IMG/VR virus record: IMGVR_UViG_3300023180_005138
Span: 32,001-96,000 of that record
DNA from: a virus
Length of the DNA: 64,000 bases
Direction: 5' to 3' (one strand)
The notes beneath the pieces are model-generated. The model did no database searches. It saw nothing but the letters and a program-made list of their open reading frames with translations, and had not been told where the DNA came from. Below are positions 19,582 to 27,811 of this stretch, in pieces. Made by a program: the position numbers and the translations under genes. Within the stretch, counting starts at the first letter, position 1, and each line of letters opens with the position of its first letter.

Positions 19582-20241
19582 ATGGTATCATGGGACAAAG
19601 CTAAAGGAAACGCCGGAGGTGGCGGTGGCGGACAACGCCGAGAAATTGAGAGACTAACTCTCCCAGTCGGAGAAACAAAGATTCGACTAATTGGAGAAGT
19701 TATGCCTCGTTATGTATATTGGGTAGTAACCACAGAAGGCAAAAAGATGCCTGTTGAGTGCTTACGTTTTGATCGTCAGAAGGAAACTTTTAATGAGTCA
19801 AATAAAGACCCAATGACAGAAATTGACGAAGAGATTTATGCTGATAAACCCCAATTTGCGTATGTTTGTAATGTAATTGATCGTGCAGACAATAAGATTA
19901 AGATTTTTGATCTTCGCTCTACGATTTACAAGCAGATTGTAGACTATGCTACAAATCCTGATTACGGTAATCCAGCAGATGATAGTACAGGATATGATAT
20001 TACTATTAAGAAGGAAAAGACAGGACCTCTACCACAGAATGTTAAATATTCTGTAATTCCTGCTCGTAATAATTCTGCTCTTACAGATTCAGATAAGGGC
20101 CTAGAGCTTTTTGAACTTGATAAGATTTACAAGCGTCAATCTTATGAAGAGCAAAAACAGTGGCTTCTTCAAAATACGGCTTATTTTGCTGAAGAAGCTT
20201 CTGATGAATTTAAGCCAGAAGCAGTAGAGGATCTCGACTAA
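19582..20241 (+). CDS. ssDNA-binding protein (T5 D11-like)
   Basis: KIRLIG..MPRYVYWV...ECLRFDR.KETF...GNPAD..GYDI..K.KTGP...VKY; acidic C-terminal tail. Confidence 0.85.
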   Translation: MVSWDKAKGNAGGGGGGQRREIERLTLPVGETKIRLIGEVMPRYVYWVVTTEGKKMPVECLRFDRQKETFNESNKDPMTEIDEEIYADKPQFAYVCNVIDRADNKIKIFDLRSTIYKQIVDYATNPDYGNPADDSTGYDITIKKEKTGPLPQNVKYSVIPARNNSALTDSDKGLELFELDKIYKRQSYEEQKQWLLQNTAYFAEEASDEFKPEAVEDLD

Positions 20242-21066
20242 ATGGCAAAAAAGTCACTAAGTGATTTTACTACAGTAGAAGCAGAGGAAAATTCTGCTCC
20301 TACTGGGGCCTTATTAGTAGGCCCAGAAGGTCAGACACAAGTTGACCTACAAAAACTAAGAGAAACCTGTTCTGTATTTTTTGCTACACCTTGCTATGGT
20401 GGTATGATTACAGACCAGTACTTTTTAAGTATTTTTAAAGCATCTCAAGAATTAGTAAGGCATAATATTACCTTCCGACTAACAACCCTTAGAAACGAAA
20501 GCCTTGTTACACGAGCTAGAAACATTCTTACTGCAATGTTTTTAGATTCTGGTGCTAGTCACCTATTTTTTATTGATGCTGATATAGAATTTGAACAAGA
20601 CGCAATTATTAGAATGTTAGCTATGGATAAGCCTATTATCGCAGCAGCATATCCTAAAAAAGCTCTACCAATTCAATATGCTATGAATTTCAAGTATATT
20701 GATCCTGTAAAACAACAAATCAGAGTAGAAAACGGGGCAGTAGAAGTTTGGGACGCATCTACAGGATTCTTCTGTATTAAACGTGAAGTTTTCGAAAAAA
20801 TGATGGTTGAATATCCACACCTTCATTATAAGAATGATAGTAATATTGACCCTAAACTACAAAAATATTGCTATGCATTTTTTGATACAATGATTGATGA
20901 AGATGAAAATGGTGACAATCGTTATCTATCAGAAGATTATACTTTCTGTCGTCTTTGGCAAAAGATGGGAGGAGAAATTTGGATGGACCCTAATACTAAA
21001 CTAAATCACGTAGGATCATATACTTTTGAAGGTGATTTAGGTAAAATTATTAATATGAAGAGGTAA
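20242..21066 (+). CDS. GT-A (GT2-like) glycosyltransferase
   Basis: ATPCYGG, SLVTRARN, HLFFIDADIEF (DxD), TGFFCIKR and YLSEDYTFCRLW. Confidence 0.8.
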   Translation: MAKKSLSDFTTVEAEENSAPTGALLVGPEGQTQVDLQKLRETCSVFFATPCYGGMITDQYFLSIFKASQELVRHNITFRLTTLRNESLVTRARNILTAMFLDSGASHLFFIDADIEFEQDAIIRMLAMDKPIIAAAYPKKALPIQYAMNFKYIDPVKQQIRVENGAVEVWDASTGFFCIKREVFEKMMVEYPHLHYKNDSNIDPKLQKYCYAFFDTMIDEDENGDNRYLSEDYTFCRLWQKMGGEIWMDPNTKLNHVGSYTFEGDLGKIINMKR

Positions 21067-21069
21067 TCA

Positions 21070-22245
21070 GTGAAACGTATTCTACTATTAGGAAGTGGTG
21101 AATTAGGTAAAGAAGTTGTTATTAGTGCTAAAAGACTAGGAATGCATGTAGTAGCTTGCGATAACTACTTCGGAGCACCTGCTATGTCAGTAGCAGATCA
21201 TGATGTTACTTTTGATATGCTTGATGCAAAACAACTTGAACGTGTTATAGATAAATATAAACCTGATTATATTGTTCCTGAAATAGAGGCTATTGCTACA
21301 GAAGTTTTACTAAAGAAAGAAGCAGAAGGATACACAGTAGTACCCTCTGCTAAAGCTGTAAACCTTACAATGAATCGTGATAAAATTAGAGATCGGGCAG
21401 CGGAGCTAGGCATTCGTACTGCCCGATTTTCTTATGCAGAGTCTTTAGCTTCTTTATATTCTATTGCAGATGAAATTGGATACCCTTGTGTAATAAAACC
21501 AGTAATGAGTTCGAGTGGTAAGGGACAGTCGATAGCAAACTCTGTAGAAGACCTAGCTTCTTCTTGGCAATATGCTGTGGATAATATGAGAGGAGACAGA
21601 GAAAAAGTAATCATAGAAGAGTTTATTAAATTTGATTATGAAATCACTCTTCTCACAATTAAACAACAAAATGGTCCTACTTTATTTTGTCCTCCTATTG
21701 GGCACCACCAAGAAAGTGGTGATTATAAACATAGCTGGCAACCTGCTACAGAAGAAACTTTTACAGGACATATTATTGAATCAGATGCTAGACAAATTGC
21801 AAAAACTATAACAGACGATTTAGGAGGTTCTGGCATATTTGGAGTAGAGTTTTTTGTAATAACTTCTTCAGATAGACCAGAAGTTATATTTAGTGAATTA
21901 AGTCCTCGTCCACACGATACAGGTATGATCACTATGATATCTCAAGAATTATCAGAATTTGATCTACATGTTAGGGCATTTACTGGACTTCCTATACCAG
22001 AAATTAAAGTTAGACCTAATAAAAATAAATGGGCAAGTGCTACTATTAATATTCCATCTGATACTAAATCAGGGTTAGTTTATGATCTAGAAGGTATTGA
22101 AGAAGCATTGGAACTGGGATGTGATATTAGAATCTTTGGAAAACCAAGTACAAAACCTAATAGAAGAGTAGGAGTGTTACTGTCTAATAATTTAGATACA
22201 GCACTAGAGGCTCAGAAGTTAGTCAAAATCAAGACGCAAGTGTGA
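21070..22245 (+). CDS. purT: Formate-dependent phosphoribosylglycinamide formyltransferase (ATP-grasp)
   Basis: ILLLGSGELGKEV, PEIEAIAT, IKPVMSSSGKGQS, SELSPRPHDTGM and RRVGV. Confidence 0.95.
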   Translation: MKRILLLGSGELGKEVVISAKRLGMHVVACDNYFGAPAMSVADHDVTFDMLDAKQLERVIDKYKPDYIVPEIEAIATEVLLKKEAEGYTVVPSAKAVNLTMNRDKIRDRAAELGIRTARFSYAESLASLYSIADEIGYPCVIKPVMSSSGKGQSIANSVEDLASSWQYAVDNMRGDREKVIIEEFIKFDYEITLLTIKQQNGPTLFCPPIGHHQESGDYKHSWQPATEETFTGHIIESDARQIAKTITDDLGGSGIFGVEFFVITSSDRPEVIFSELSPRPHDTGMITMISQELSEFDLHVRAFTGLPIPEIKVRPNKNKWASATINIPSDTKSGLVYDLEGIEEALELGCDIRIFGKPSTKPNRRVGVLLSNNLDTALEAQKLVKIKTQV

Positions 22246-22369
22246 CGTCTTAGGAAAGTAGCGCACTCCGTGCGCCCGGCTGTGTCTCTCCGAGACAACG
22301 TGAATGAACATCTTAGGTCAGCGCTGTCCAACAGCTGTTCACCTGCGGTGGTATTTATTCACTAATTAT
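22224..22369 (-). ncRNA. Putative ~145-nt sRNA with three GGA-loop hairpins (CsrA/RsmA-sponge-like)
   Basis: Minus-strand promoter TTGCCG-N17-TATTCT. Hairpins GCTG-TTGGA-CAGC, TGTCTC-GGA-GAGACA and GCGCAC-GGA-GTGCGC. Terminal hairpin AAGACGT-7nt-GCGTCTT followed by GATTTTG. Confidence 0.6.
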
Positions 22370-22375
22370 GCACAT

Positions 22376-22404
22376 AGAATAGCATACTTTTTGCCTTTCG
22401 GCAA
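22376..22404 (-). promoter_or_regulatory. Minus-strand sigma70 promoter for the putative sRNA
   Basis: -35 TTGCCG (22404-22399), 17-nt spacer, TGc-TATTCT (-10 at 22381-22376). Same TTGC-type -35 as other promoters in the window. Confidence 0.65.
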
Positions 22405-22448
22405 GTATATAAAATTAAAATTTTATCGTTGCTCTTTCTGGTGCAACG

Positions 22449-22477
22449 CTGTCATAAAACTGTAACAAAACTGTGAT
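22449..22477 (+). promoter_or_regulatory. Pho box (three 11-bp direct repeats, PhoB-binding site)
   Basis: CTGTCATAAAA-CTGTAACAAAA-CTGTGAT fits the proteobacterial Pho box consensus; candidate -10 TATATT at 22477-22482. Confidence 0.8.
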
Positions 22478-22486
22478 ATATTTATA

Positions 22487-22933
22487 ATGAAACTAAAACA
22501 TATTCATGCTCATATGAAATCTGCTTTTAACTATGCAGAGTGTTCCACAGCCGTCCGTCTTCAGGTCGGCTGTGTTATTGTAAAAGAAGATCGTATTATT
22601 AGCATCGGATACAACGGTATGCCAAGTGGTTGGAACAACTGTTGCGAAGACACTGTATTTTTTCAAGGTGGCAAGCAATTAGTAGAGCCTATACTAAAAA
22701 CAAAACCAGAAGTACTACATGCAGAATCTAATGCTATAGCTAAACTAGCACGATCACCTGAGAGTGGAGAAGGAGCTGTAGCTTTTATTACCCACGCTCC
22801 TTGTTTAGATTGTGCAAAACTTTTGTATCAAGCTGGTATCTGTGAAGTATACTACTCTCATAGCTATAGACTCACAGATGGAATAGATTTTTTAAAACAG
22901 TGTAAGATTAAAGTTCATCAGGTAGAACTATGA
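22487..22933 (+). CDS. dCMP (deoxycytidylate) deaminase
   Basis: VGCVIV...SIGYNGMP, LHAESNAI and PCLDCAKLL zinc motifs. Confidence 0.92.
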   Translation: MKLKHIHAHMKSAFNYAECSTAVRLQVGCVIVKEDRIISIGYNGMPSGWNNCCEDTVFFQGGKQLVEPILKTKPEVLHAESNAIAKLARSPESGEGAVAFITHAPCLDCAKLLYQAGICEVYYSHSYRLTDGIDFLKQCKIKVHQVEL

Positions 22934-23166
22934 AAAGAGTGATGTTTTCTGCTAAATTAAGTGATGAACTTGCAGAAGAACTCACAGATGCTATAGTAGA
23001 GATGCTACAAGAGGAACCTGAGATAGAGATTAAAGATCTATCTCGTAGATTAAAAATAGAGACGATTAATCTTCCCTGGGGAGTTGATTCTCCCTTTGCC
23101 TATATATTTAAAGAAGATCAAAAAACCTGGTGTTGTCTCAAACCTCAATATAGAAAGAGAGACTAA
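22930..23166 (+). CDS. Hypothetical protein
   Basis: 78-aa ORF with ATGA overlap upstream and a 2-nt gap downstream. Confidence 0.55.
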   Translation: MKRVMFSAKLSDELAEELTDAIVEMLQEEPEIEIKDLSRRLKIETINLPWGVDSPFAYIFKEDQKTWCCLKPQYRKRD

Positions 23167-23168
23167 AA

Positions 23169-24128
23169 ATGGATGCAGTAACTATTTGGATGGCGATCGG
23201 ATTTCTCATGGCCGCATATAGTGTTATAGCAAACGATTCAGTCCAAACGCTTGGAACTTGGATTGCATCAAATAACGAACGATTCCACTGGACAGTTTTA
23301 TGGACCGCCTCTTCGGCGGTTTTGCTTTGGGCGCTATGGTTCGGTTGGTATATCAATGGAGGCGACATTTCATATGGTCGCCTAACTAAGATACCTTTCC
23401 AAGAGGTTCAATGGTATCATGCAGCTGCTCCAGCAATCCTTCTACTTCTAACTCGTGTGGGTGTCCCTGTCTCTACTTCCTTCCTCGTTCTCTCTGCATT
23501 TGCATCAACCTTTGTGTTAGAAAAGATGTTGATGAAATCTATCATGGGATATGCTGTAGCAGCTGTCACTGCCTACGCACTTTGGCATATCATTGCTCGA
23601 TTAATTAATGAAAAGAAGCCTATCGGTGATCACTGGAGTCGCCCATACTGGCGTGTAGCACAGTGGGTAACTACTGGTCTACTTTGGTGGACTTGGTTAT
23701 CACATGATATGGCAAACATTGCAGTGTTTCTTCCCAGACAAGTTCCATGGGATTTAATGATTATCATTTCAATCATCTTTGTCGCAGGACTAGGATGGAT
23801 GTTTATGGAACGTGGAGGTAAGATTCAAAATATTGTGTTAGAAAAATCTACAACACGATATATTAGATCAGCTACGTTAATTGATTTAGCGTATTTTGTT
23901 ATTCTCTACTTCTTCAAAGAACTCAATAATATTCCAATGTCAACCACATGGGTATTCGTTGGTCTACTGACAGGACGAGAACTAGCAATTGCTTCTGTAT
24001 ATAATACTAAGATGAAACAAATCTTTCCTTTAGTCACTCGTGATTTTATGAAAATGATGATTGGTCTTGGTGCTTCAGTAGGCATTGTACTATTAATTCA
24101 TTATGTAATTGTACCTAACGGTTACTAG
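23169..24128 (+). CDS. Polytopic membrane transporter, PiT/PHO4 phosphate-sulfate permease-like
   Basis: About 8-9 TM segments; the two inverted-repeat signatures IANDSVQTLGT and SHDMANIA, plus GVPVSTSF and PMSTTWVFVG, mirror PiT motifs (GANDxAN, G.PVSTT). Confidence 0.7.
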   Translation: MDAVTIWMAIGFLMAAYSVIANDSVQTLGTWIASNNERFHWTVLWTASSAVLLWALWFGWYINGGDISYGRLTKIPFQEVQWYHAAAPAILLLLTRVGVPVSTSFLVLSAFASTFVLEKMLMKSIMGYAVAAVTAYALWHIIARLINEKKPIGDHWSRPYWRVAQWVTTGLLWWTWLSHDMANIAVFLPRQVPWDLMIIISIIFVAGLGWMFMERGGKIQNIVLEKSTTRYIRSATLIDLAYFVILYFFKELNNIPMSTTWVFVGLLTGRELAIASVYNTKMKQIFPLVTRDFMKMMIGLGASVGIVLLIHYVIVPNGY

Positions 24129-24160
24129 AATTTAAATTTAAATAGTTCTGGACAATTATG

Positions 24161-24186
24161 GGATAGTGTAGTAAAATACACTATCC
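24161..24186 (+). terminator. Intrinsic terminator closing the permease operon
   Basis: GGATAGTGTA-GTAAAA-TACACTATCC, a perfect 10-bp stem followed by TTAAATTTTT. Confidence 0.75.
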
Positions 24187-24208
24187 TTAAATTTTTGGAG
24201 AAGCTAGA

Positions 24209-25177
24209 TTGAAAATTTTACACAGTGCCGACTGGCATATTAACCTACATAAGAAAAAAGTTCCCGCTAGTTGGAGTGCGAATCGTTTCAGACTTTTCTT
24301 TGAAGAGATTCATAAATTAGAAGAAACACATGATGTTCACTTCTTATCTGGTGATATTTTTGATAGAAAACCTGAACCAGATGAAATTTGTTTATTTCTT
24401 AGATTCGCAAATGCAGTAAAAATTCCAACCTATATTATCCCAGGAAACCATGAAGCTACGAAGAAAGGCGAAACATTCCTTGAACATTTCCATGAACAAC
24501 ATGCTATTACGAATCCAAACGTGGTTCTTATTACAAAAAATCAACGTGAAACTATACGGGGTCAAAGCGTATATTTCTATCCCTATGGAGAAATGCAAAA
24601 AGAAAATCTTCTGGATTTTGAGGGAGATGAAATTCTTGTTACTCATATTCGTGGAGAAGTACCGCCCCATATCACGGCTGAATATGATTTTGAAAAGCTT
24701 CGTCCCTGGAAACTCATACTTCTTGGTGACATACATTTTGCTCATCGTTACTTGGATTATCCTGCTTGGTATAGTGGTTCTCCGATGAATGTAAGTTTTG
24801 ATAGAGATGACTCTAGAGACTATGGAGTTAACTCTATTGATTTTAGATCTATTGATGATTATGAAGTATCTTTTCTACCACTAAAACTTCCAAAGCTAGT
24901 AAGAAAGACTCTACAAGTAGGAGAAGAAATGGTTCCTGATAATTTTAATCATGTAATATATGAAGTAACTGGTTCAGTAGATCAACTTGCTAAAGTACAA
25001 AACTCAGAACTACTTGATAAAAAGATTGCTCTAAAGCCAACTGAAAACTCAAAACTAGACTTAAAAAATATGAGTCTTATTGAAGAACTTAGAGCATATT
25101 TAGAATACACAAAAATTTCAAATACAGAAGAAATTATAAAAGACTTTCAAGACTTAAATATAAATGTTGGAACTTAA
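24209..25177 (+). CDS. Mre11/SbcD-like recombination nuclease (T5 D12)
   Basis: ILHSADWH, GDIFD, PGNHE, GDIH and YSGSP phosphoesterase motifs. Confidence 0.92.
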   Translation: MKILHSADWHINLHKKKVPASWSANRFRLFFEEIHKLEETHDVHFLSGDIFDRKPEPDEICLFLRFANAVKIPTYIIPGNHEATKKGETFLEHFHEQHAITNPNVVLITKNQRETIRGQSVYFYPYGEMQKENLLDFEGDEILVTHIRGEVPPHITAEYDFEKLRPWKLILLGDIHFAHRYLDYPAWYSGSPMNVSFDRDDSRDYGVNSIDFRSIDDYEVSFLPLKLPKLVRKTLQVGEEMVPDNFNHVIYEVTGSVDQLAKVQNSELLDKKIALKPTENSKLDLKNMSLIEELRAYLEYTKISNTEEIIKDFQDLNINVGT

Positions 25178-25982
25178 TAGAGTATATTGGGAATATGATG
25201 ATAGAAACTGGTGGCGACCAACTCCATACTCTCAAGCAAAAGTAACTTGTCCTAGATATAAAAGATATGGACCTACAATAAGACATGATTTATTTACTCT
25301 TGTAGAAAAATTTGTAGAAAAGTATCCTAAATATAACTATTATATAGCTATGAGTGGCGGCATTGATTCTGAAATCACTGCTGAAACTTTTTTTCAATTA
25401 GGTGTACCCTTTGAAGCTGTCAGCTTATCGCTATTCGAAGCACAAAATGCACATGACTTAATATATGTAAAACATTTTTGTCAACAAAGAAGTATAAACT
25501 ATAATTTTATAGATTTAGATTTAACTGATTTTGTAAATAATGTAATACCAAAAGCAGTAGAGTTTGGACAGTTTACTAATTCTTTGAGTCAAGTTGCCTT
25601 AACATATCTTTTTGAATTTATGGATGAAAAAGATATTCTTATTTTTTCTGGACATAACCCTGACTTTTGTTTAAAAGGTATAGGATGGTGGGAAGACTCA
25701 CCAAACTTGGTAAAGTATGCAATAAATACTGATAATAATTTTTTTACTTTTACAAGTTTAGAACCTATTTTTATGCACTATCTAATAAACTACGACCCAA
25801 GGCAGCCTGGAGATAAAGATAATACTTTTATATATAACTGTTATCCTAATCTAAAAAAGAGAACAAAAAGAACTGGATGGGAAGTATTAGGGCATATTCA
25901 AGATAAATATAAAACACTATTAGACACTCCTGTATTACTAGGAAGTGATACATATGAACAGGTATTTTTAACATGGAAATAA
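25164..25982 (+). CDS. PP-loop (adenine nucleotide alpha-hydrolase-like) protein
   Basis: YYIAMSGGIDSE (SGGxDS) motif; substrate unknown. Confidence 0.65.
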   Translation: MLELNRVYWEYDDRNWWRPTPYSQAKVTCPRYKRYGPTIRHDLFTLVEKFVEKYPKYNYYIAMSGGIDSEITAETFFQLGVPFEAVSLSLFEAQNAHDLIYVKHFCQQRSINYNFIDLDLTDFVNNVIPKAVEFGQFTNSLSQVALTYLFEFMDEKDILIFSGHNPDFCLKGIGWWEDSPNLVKYAINTDNNFFTFTSLEPIFMHYLINYDPRQPGDKDNTFIYNCYPNLKKRTKRTGWEVLGHIQDKYKTLLDTPVLLGSDTYEQVFLTWK

Positions 25983-27799
25983 CATTAGAATCATTAAAAT
26001 TTAATAATATGTTTAGCTATGGAAATGATAATGAATTATCAATAAATAGCAATAAAATTACACAACTTACTGCTCCTAATGGAAGCGGTAAATCTACTAT
26101 TGCATTAATCATACAAGAACTGCTATTTTCTAAAAATATTAAGAATATTAAAAAAGGTGATATTTTAAATAGATACTCTAATGTAAAAGAATGGAACGGA
26201 TCTATTGAATTTAAAGTAAATGCTAAATCTTATAAAATAGACGTTAAAAGAGTAGGAGCCTCTTCTAAGGTTGCTCTTTATGAAAATGGAACGGATATTT
26301 CAGATCACAAAGTCCCTGATACCTACAAAAAAATAGCTTCTATTTTAGGAATGGACTTTGAAGTATTTTCTCAATTAACATATCAAAGCTCAACAGACTT
26401 ACTAGACTTTATTAAGGCAACTGATACAAACCGTAAAAAATTCTTAATTAACCTCTTTGGATTAGAAAAATATATAGGAATAGGAGATGCTCTTAAAGTA
26501 TCGCTATCTTCCCTAGAAAAAGATCTTGCTGGTAAAAATGGTGAAATGAAAACTGTTAAAGCTTTCTTAGAAGAGACTCAAATAGGAAGAGCAAAAAACT
26601 TAATTGAAGTACCAGAAGTAGATGATAGATTACGTCAAAGTATTGCTAGACTAAAAAACGAACTAGAAGATTACGAAGATCAATGTAAAAAGATTGATAG
26701 AAATAATTCCTTAATTGAGGATAGAGATTCTTTAAAATTTGATGTGTCATTAAAATCTCCCAAAATAAATGAGACGCTTTCTGACGAGTTAGAAACCGCA
26801 AAAAATGATGTATCAAAGAGAAAAAATCATATCTCTAACGTAAATAAACAACTTAAGGACATAGATACAGCCGATAAATGTTATGTGTGCGGACAGCAAA
26901 TCGACAATACGCATTCAATGCTTATGAAGGCTAATCTTGAAGAAGATTTATTCTCTTCTAAAAAAGAACTAGAAATTGAAGAACAAAAGTTACAAGAATT
27001 ACAAAAAACATTAGATGACTATCTTAAACTTGATAAAGAATATAGCAGAAACTTAGCTGCAATTGACAAGTTTGAGAATCTAACTCAAATTATTGATTCA
27101 TCTCTACCTGTAGAATATCCAGACTATACTCAAATAGAAACAGAAGCAAAGAAATTGTCAAAAACTCTTTTTGAACAAGAAAAAGAAAGAGACTTTGCTA
27201 TGGAACATAATGAACAAGTTAAGATTCATAATACTAAATTGGAAGCCCTGCAGGAACAAAAACGACAATTTTTAGTTAGACAACAGCTGTTAAATAATGA
27301 TATAATTTCTTTAACTTCAAAAATTAAAAATATAACAATTTTAAGAAAAGCATTTAGCACAACAGGTATTGTAGCGTTCAAACTTGAAAATCTAACAAAA
27401 GAACTTGAAGATACTATTAATAGATATTTATCAGAATTATCTGATGGTAAATTTCAAGTAGTTTTCAGACTAGAAGGCGAAAAACTAAATATTGTTGTAG
27501 TTAATGATGGAAAAGAGACTCCTATAGAAACCGTCTCTGGAGGAGAGTTTAGTAGAATACAAACTGCTATTCTTCTTTCTATAAGAAGCCTACTATCTAA
27601 AATAGGCGGAAATTATATCAATTTGCTGTTCTTAGATGAAATAACTGGTGTTTTAGATGATGCCGGTAAGGAAAAACTTATTGATATTTTACAAGAGGAA
27701 GAGAACTTAAATGTGTTTTTGATATCTCATGATTTTACACATCCTCTAATAGAAAAAGTTTCAATATTAAAAGAAAATAATGTAAGTCACATAGAATAG
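25973..27799 (+). CDS. Rad50/SbcC-like ATPase (T5 D13)
   Basis: APNGSGKS Walker A, CYVC zinc hook, VSGGE signature and LFLDE Walker B. Confidence 0.93.
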   Translation: MEITLESLKFNNMFSYGNDNELSINSNKITQLTAPNGSGKSTIALIIQELLFSKNIKNIKKGDILNRYSNVKEWNGSIEFKVNAKSYKIDVKRVGASSKVALYENGTDISDHKVPDTYKKIASILGMDFEVFSQLTYQSSTDLLDFIKATDTNRKKFLINLFGLEKYIGIGDALKVSLSSLEKDLAGKNGEMKTVKAFLEETQIGRAKNLIEVPEVDDRLRQSIARLKNELEDYEDQCKKIDRNNSLIEDRDSLKFDVSLKSPKINETLSDELETAKNDVSKRKNHISNVNKQLKDIDTADKCYVCGQQIDNTHSMLMKANLEEDLFSSKKELEIEEQKLQELQKTLDDYLKLDKEYSRNLAAIDKFENLTQIIDSSLPVEYPDYTQIETEAKKLSKTLFEQEKERDFAMEHNEQVKIHNTKLEALQEQKRQFLVRQQLLNNDIISLTSKIKNITILRKAFSTTGIVAFKLENLTKELEDTINRYLSELSDGKFQVVFRLEGEKLNIVVVNDGKETPIETVSGGEFSRIQTAILLSIRSLLSKIGGNYINLLFLDEITGVLDDAGKEKLIDILQEEENLNVFLISHDFTHPLIEKVSILKENNVSHIE

Positions 27800-27811
27800 G
27801 AGAAAAATATA

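Noticed and set aside
22245-22370. Riboswitch (ZTP, purine) or hammerhead ribozyme on the + strand
   Set aside because: I could not find the conserved cores (e.g. CUGAUGA/GAAA) by eye. The element lies downstream of purT, and the promoter, terminator and GGA loops point to the minus strand. An Rfam scan is still needed.
22391-22404. TTGCC-TTTC-GGCAA as a + strand terminator for purT
   Set aside because: There is no U-tract after it on +, and it is explained by the minus-strand -35 box. A dual role is not excluded.
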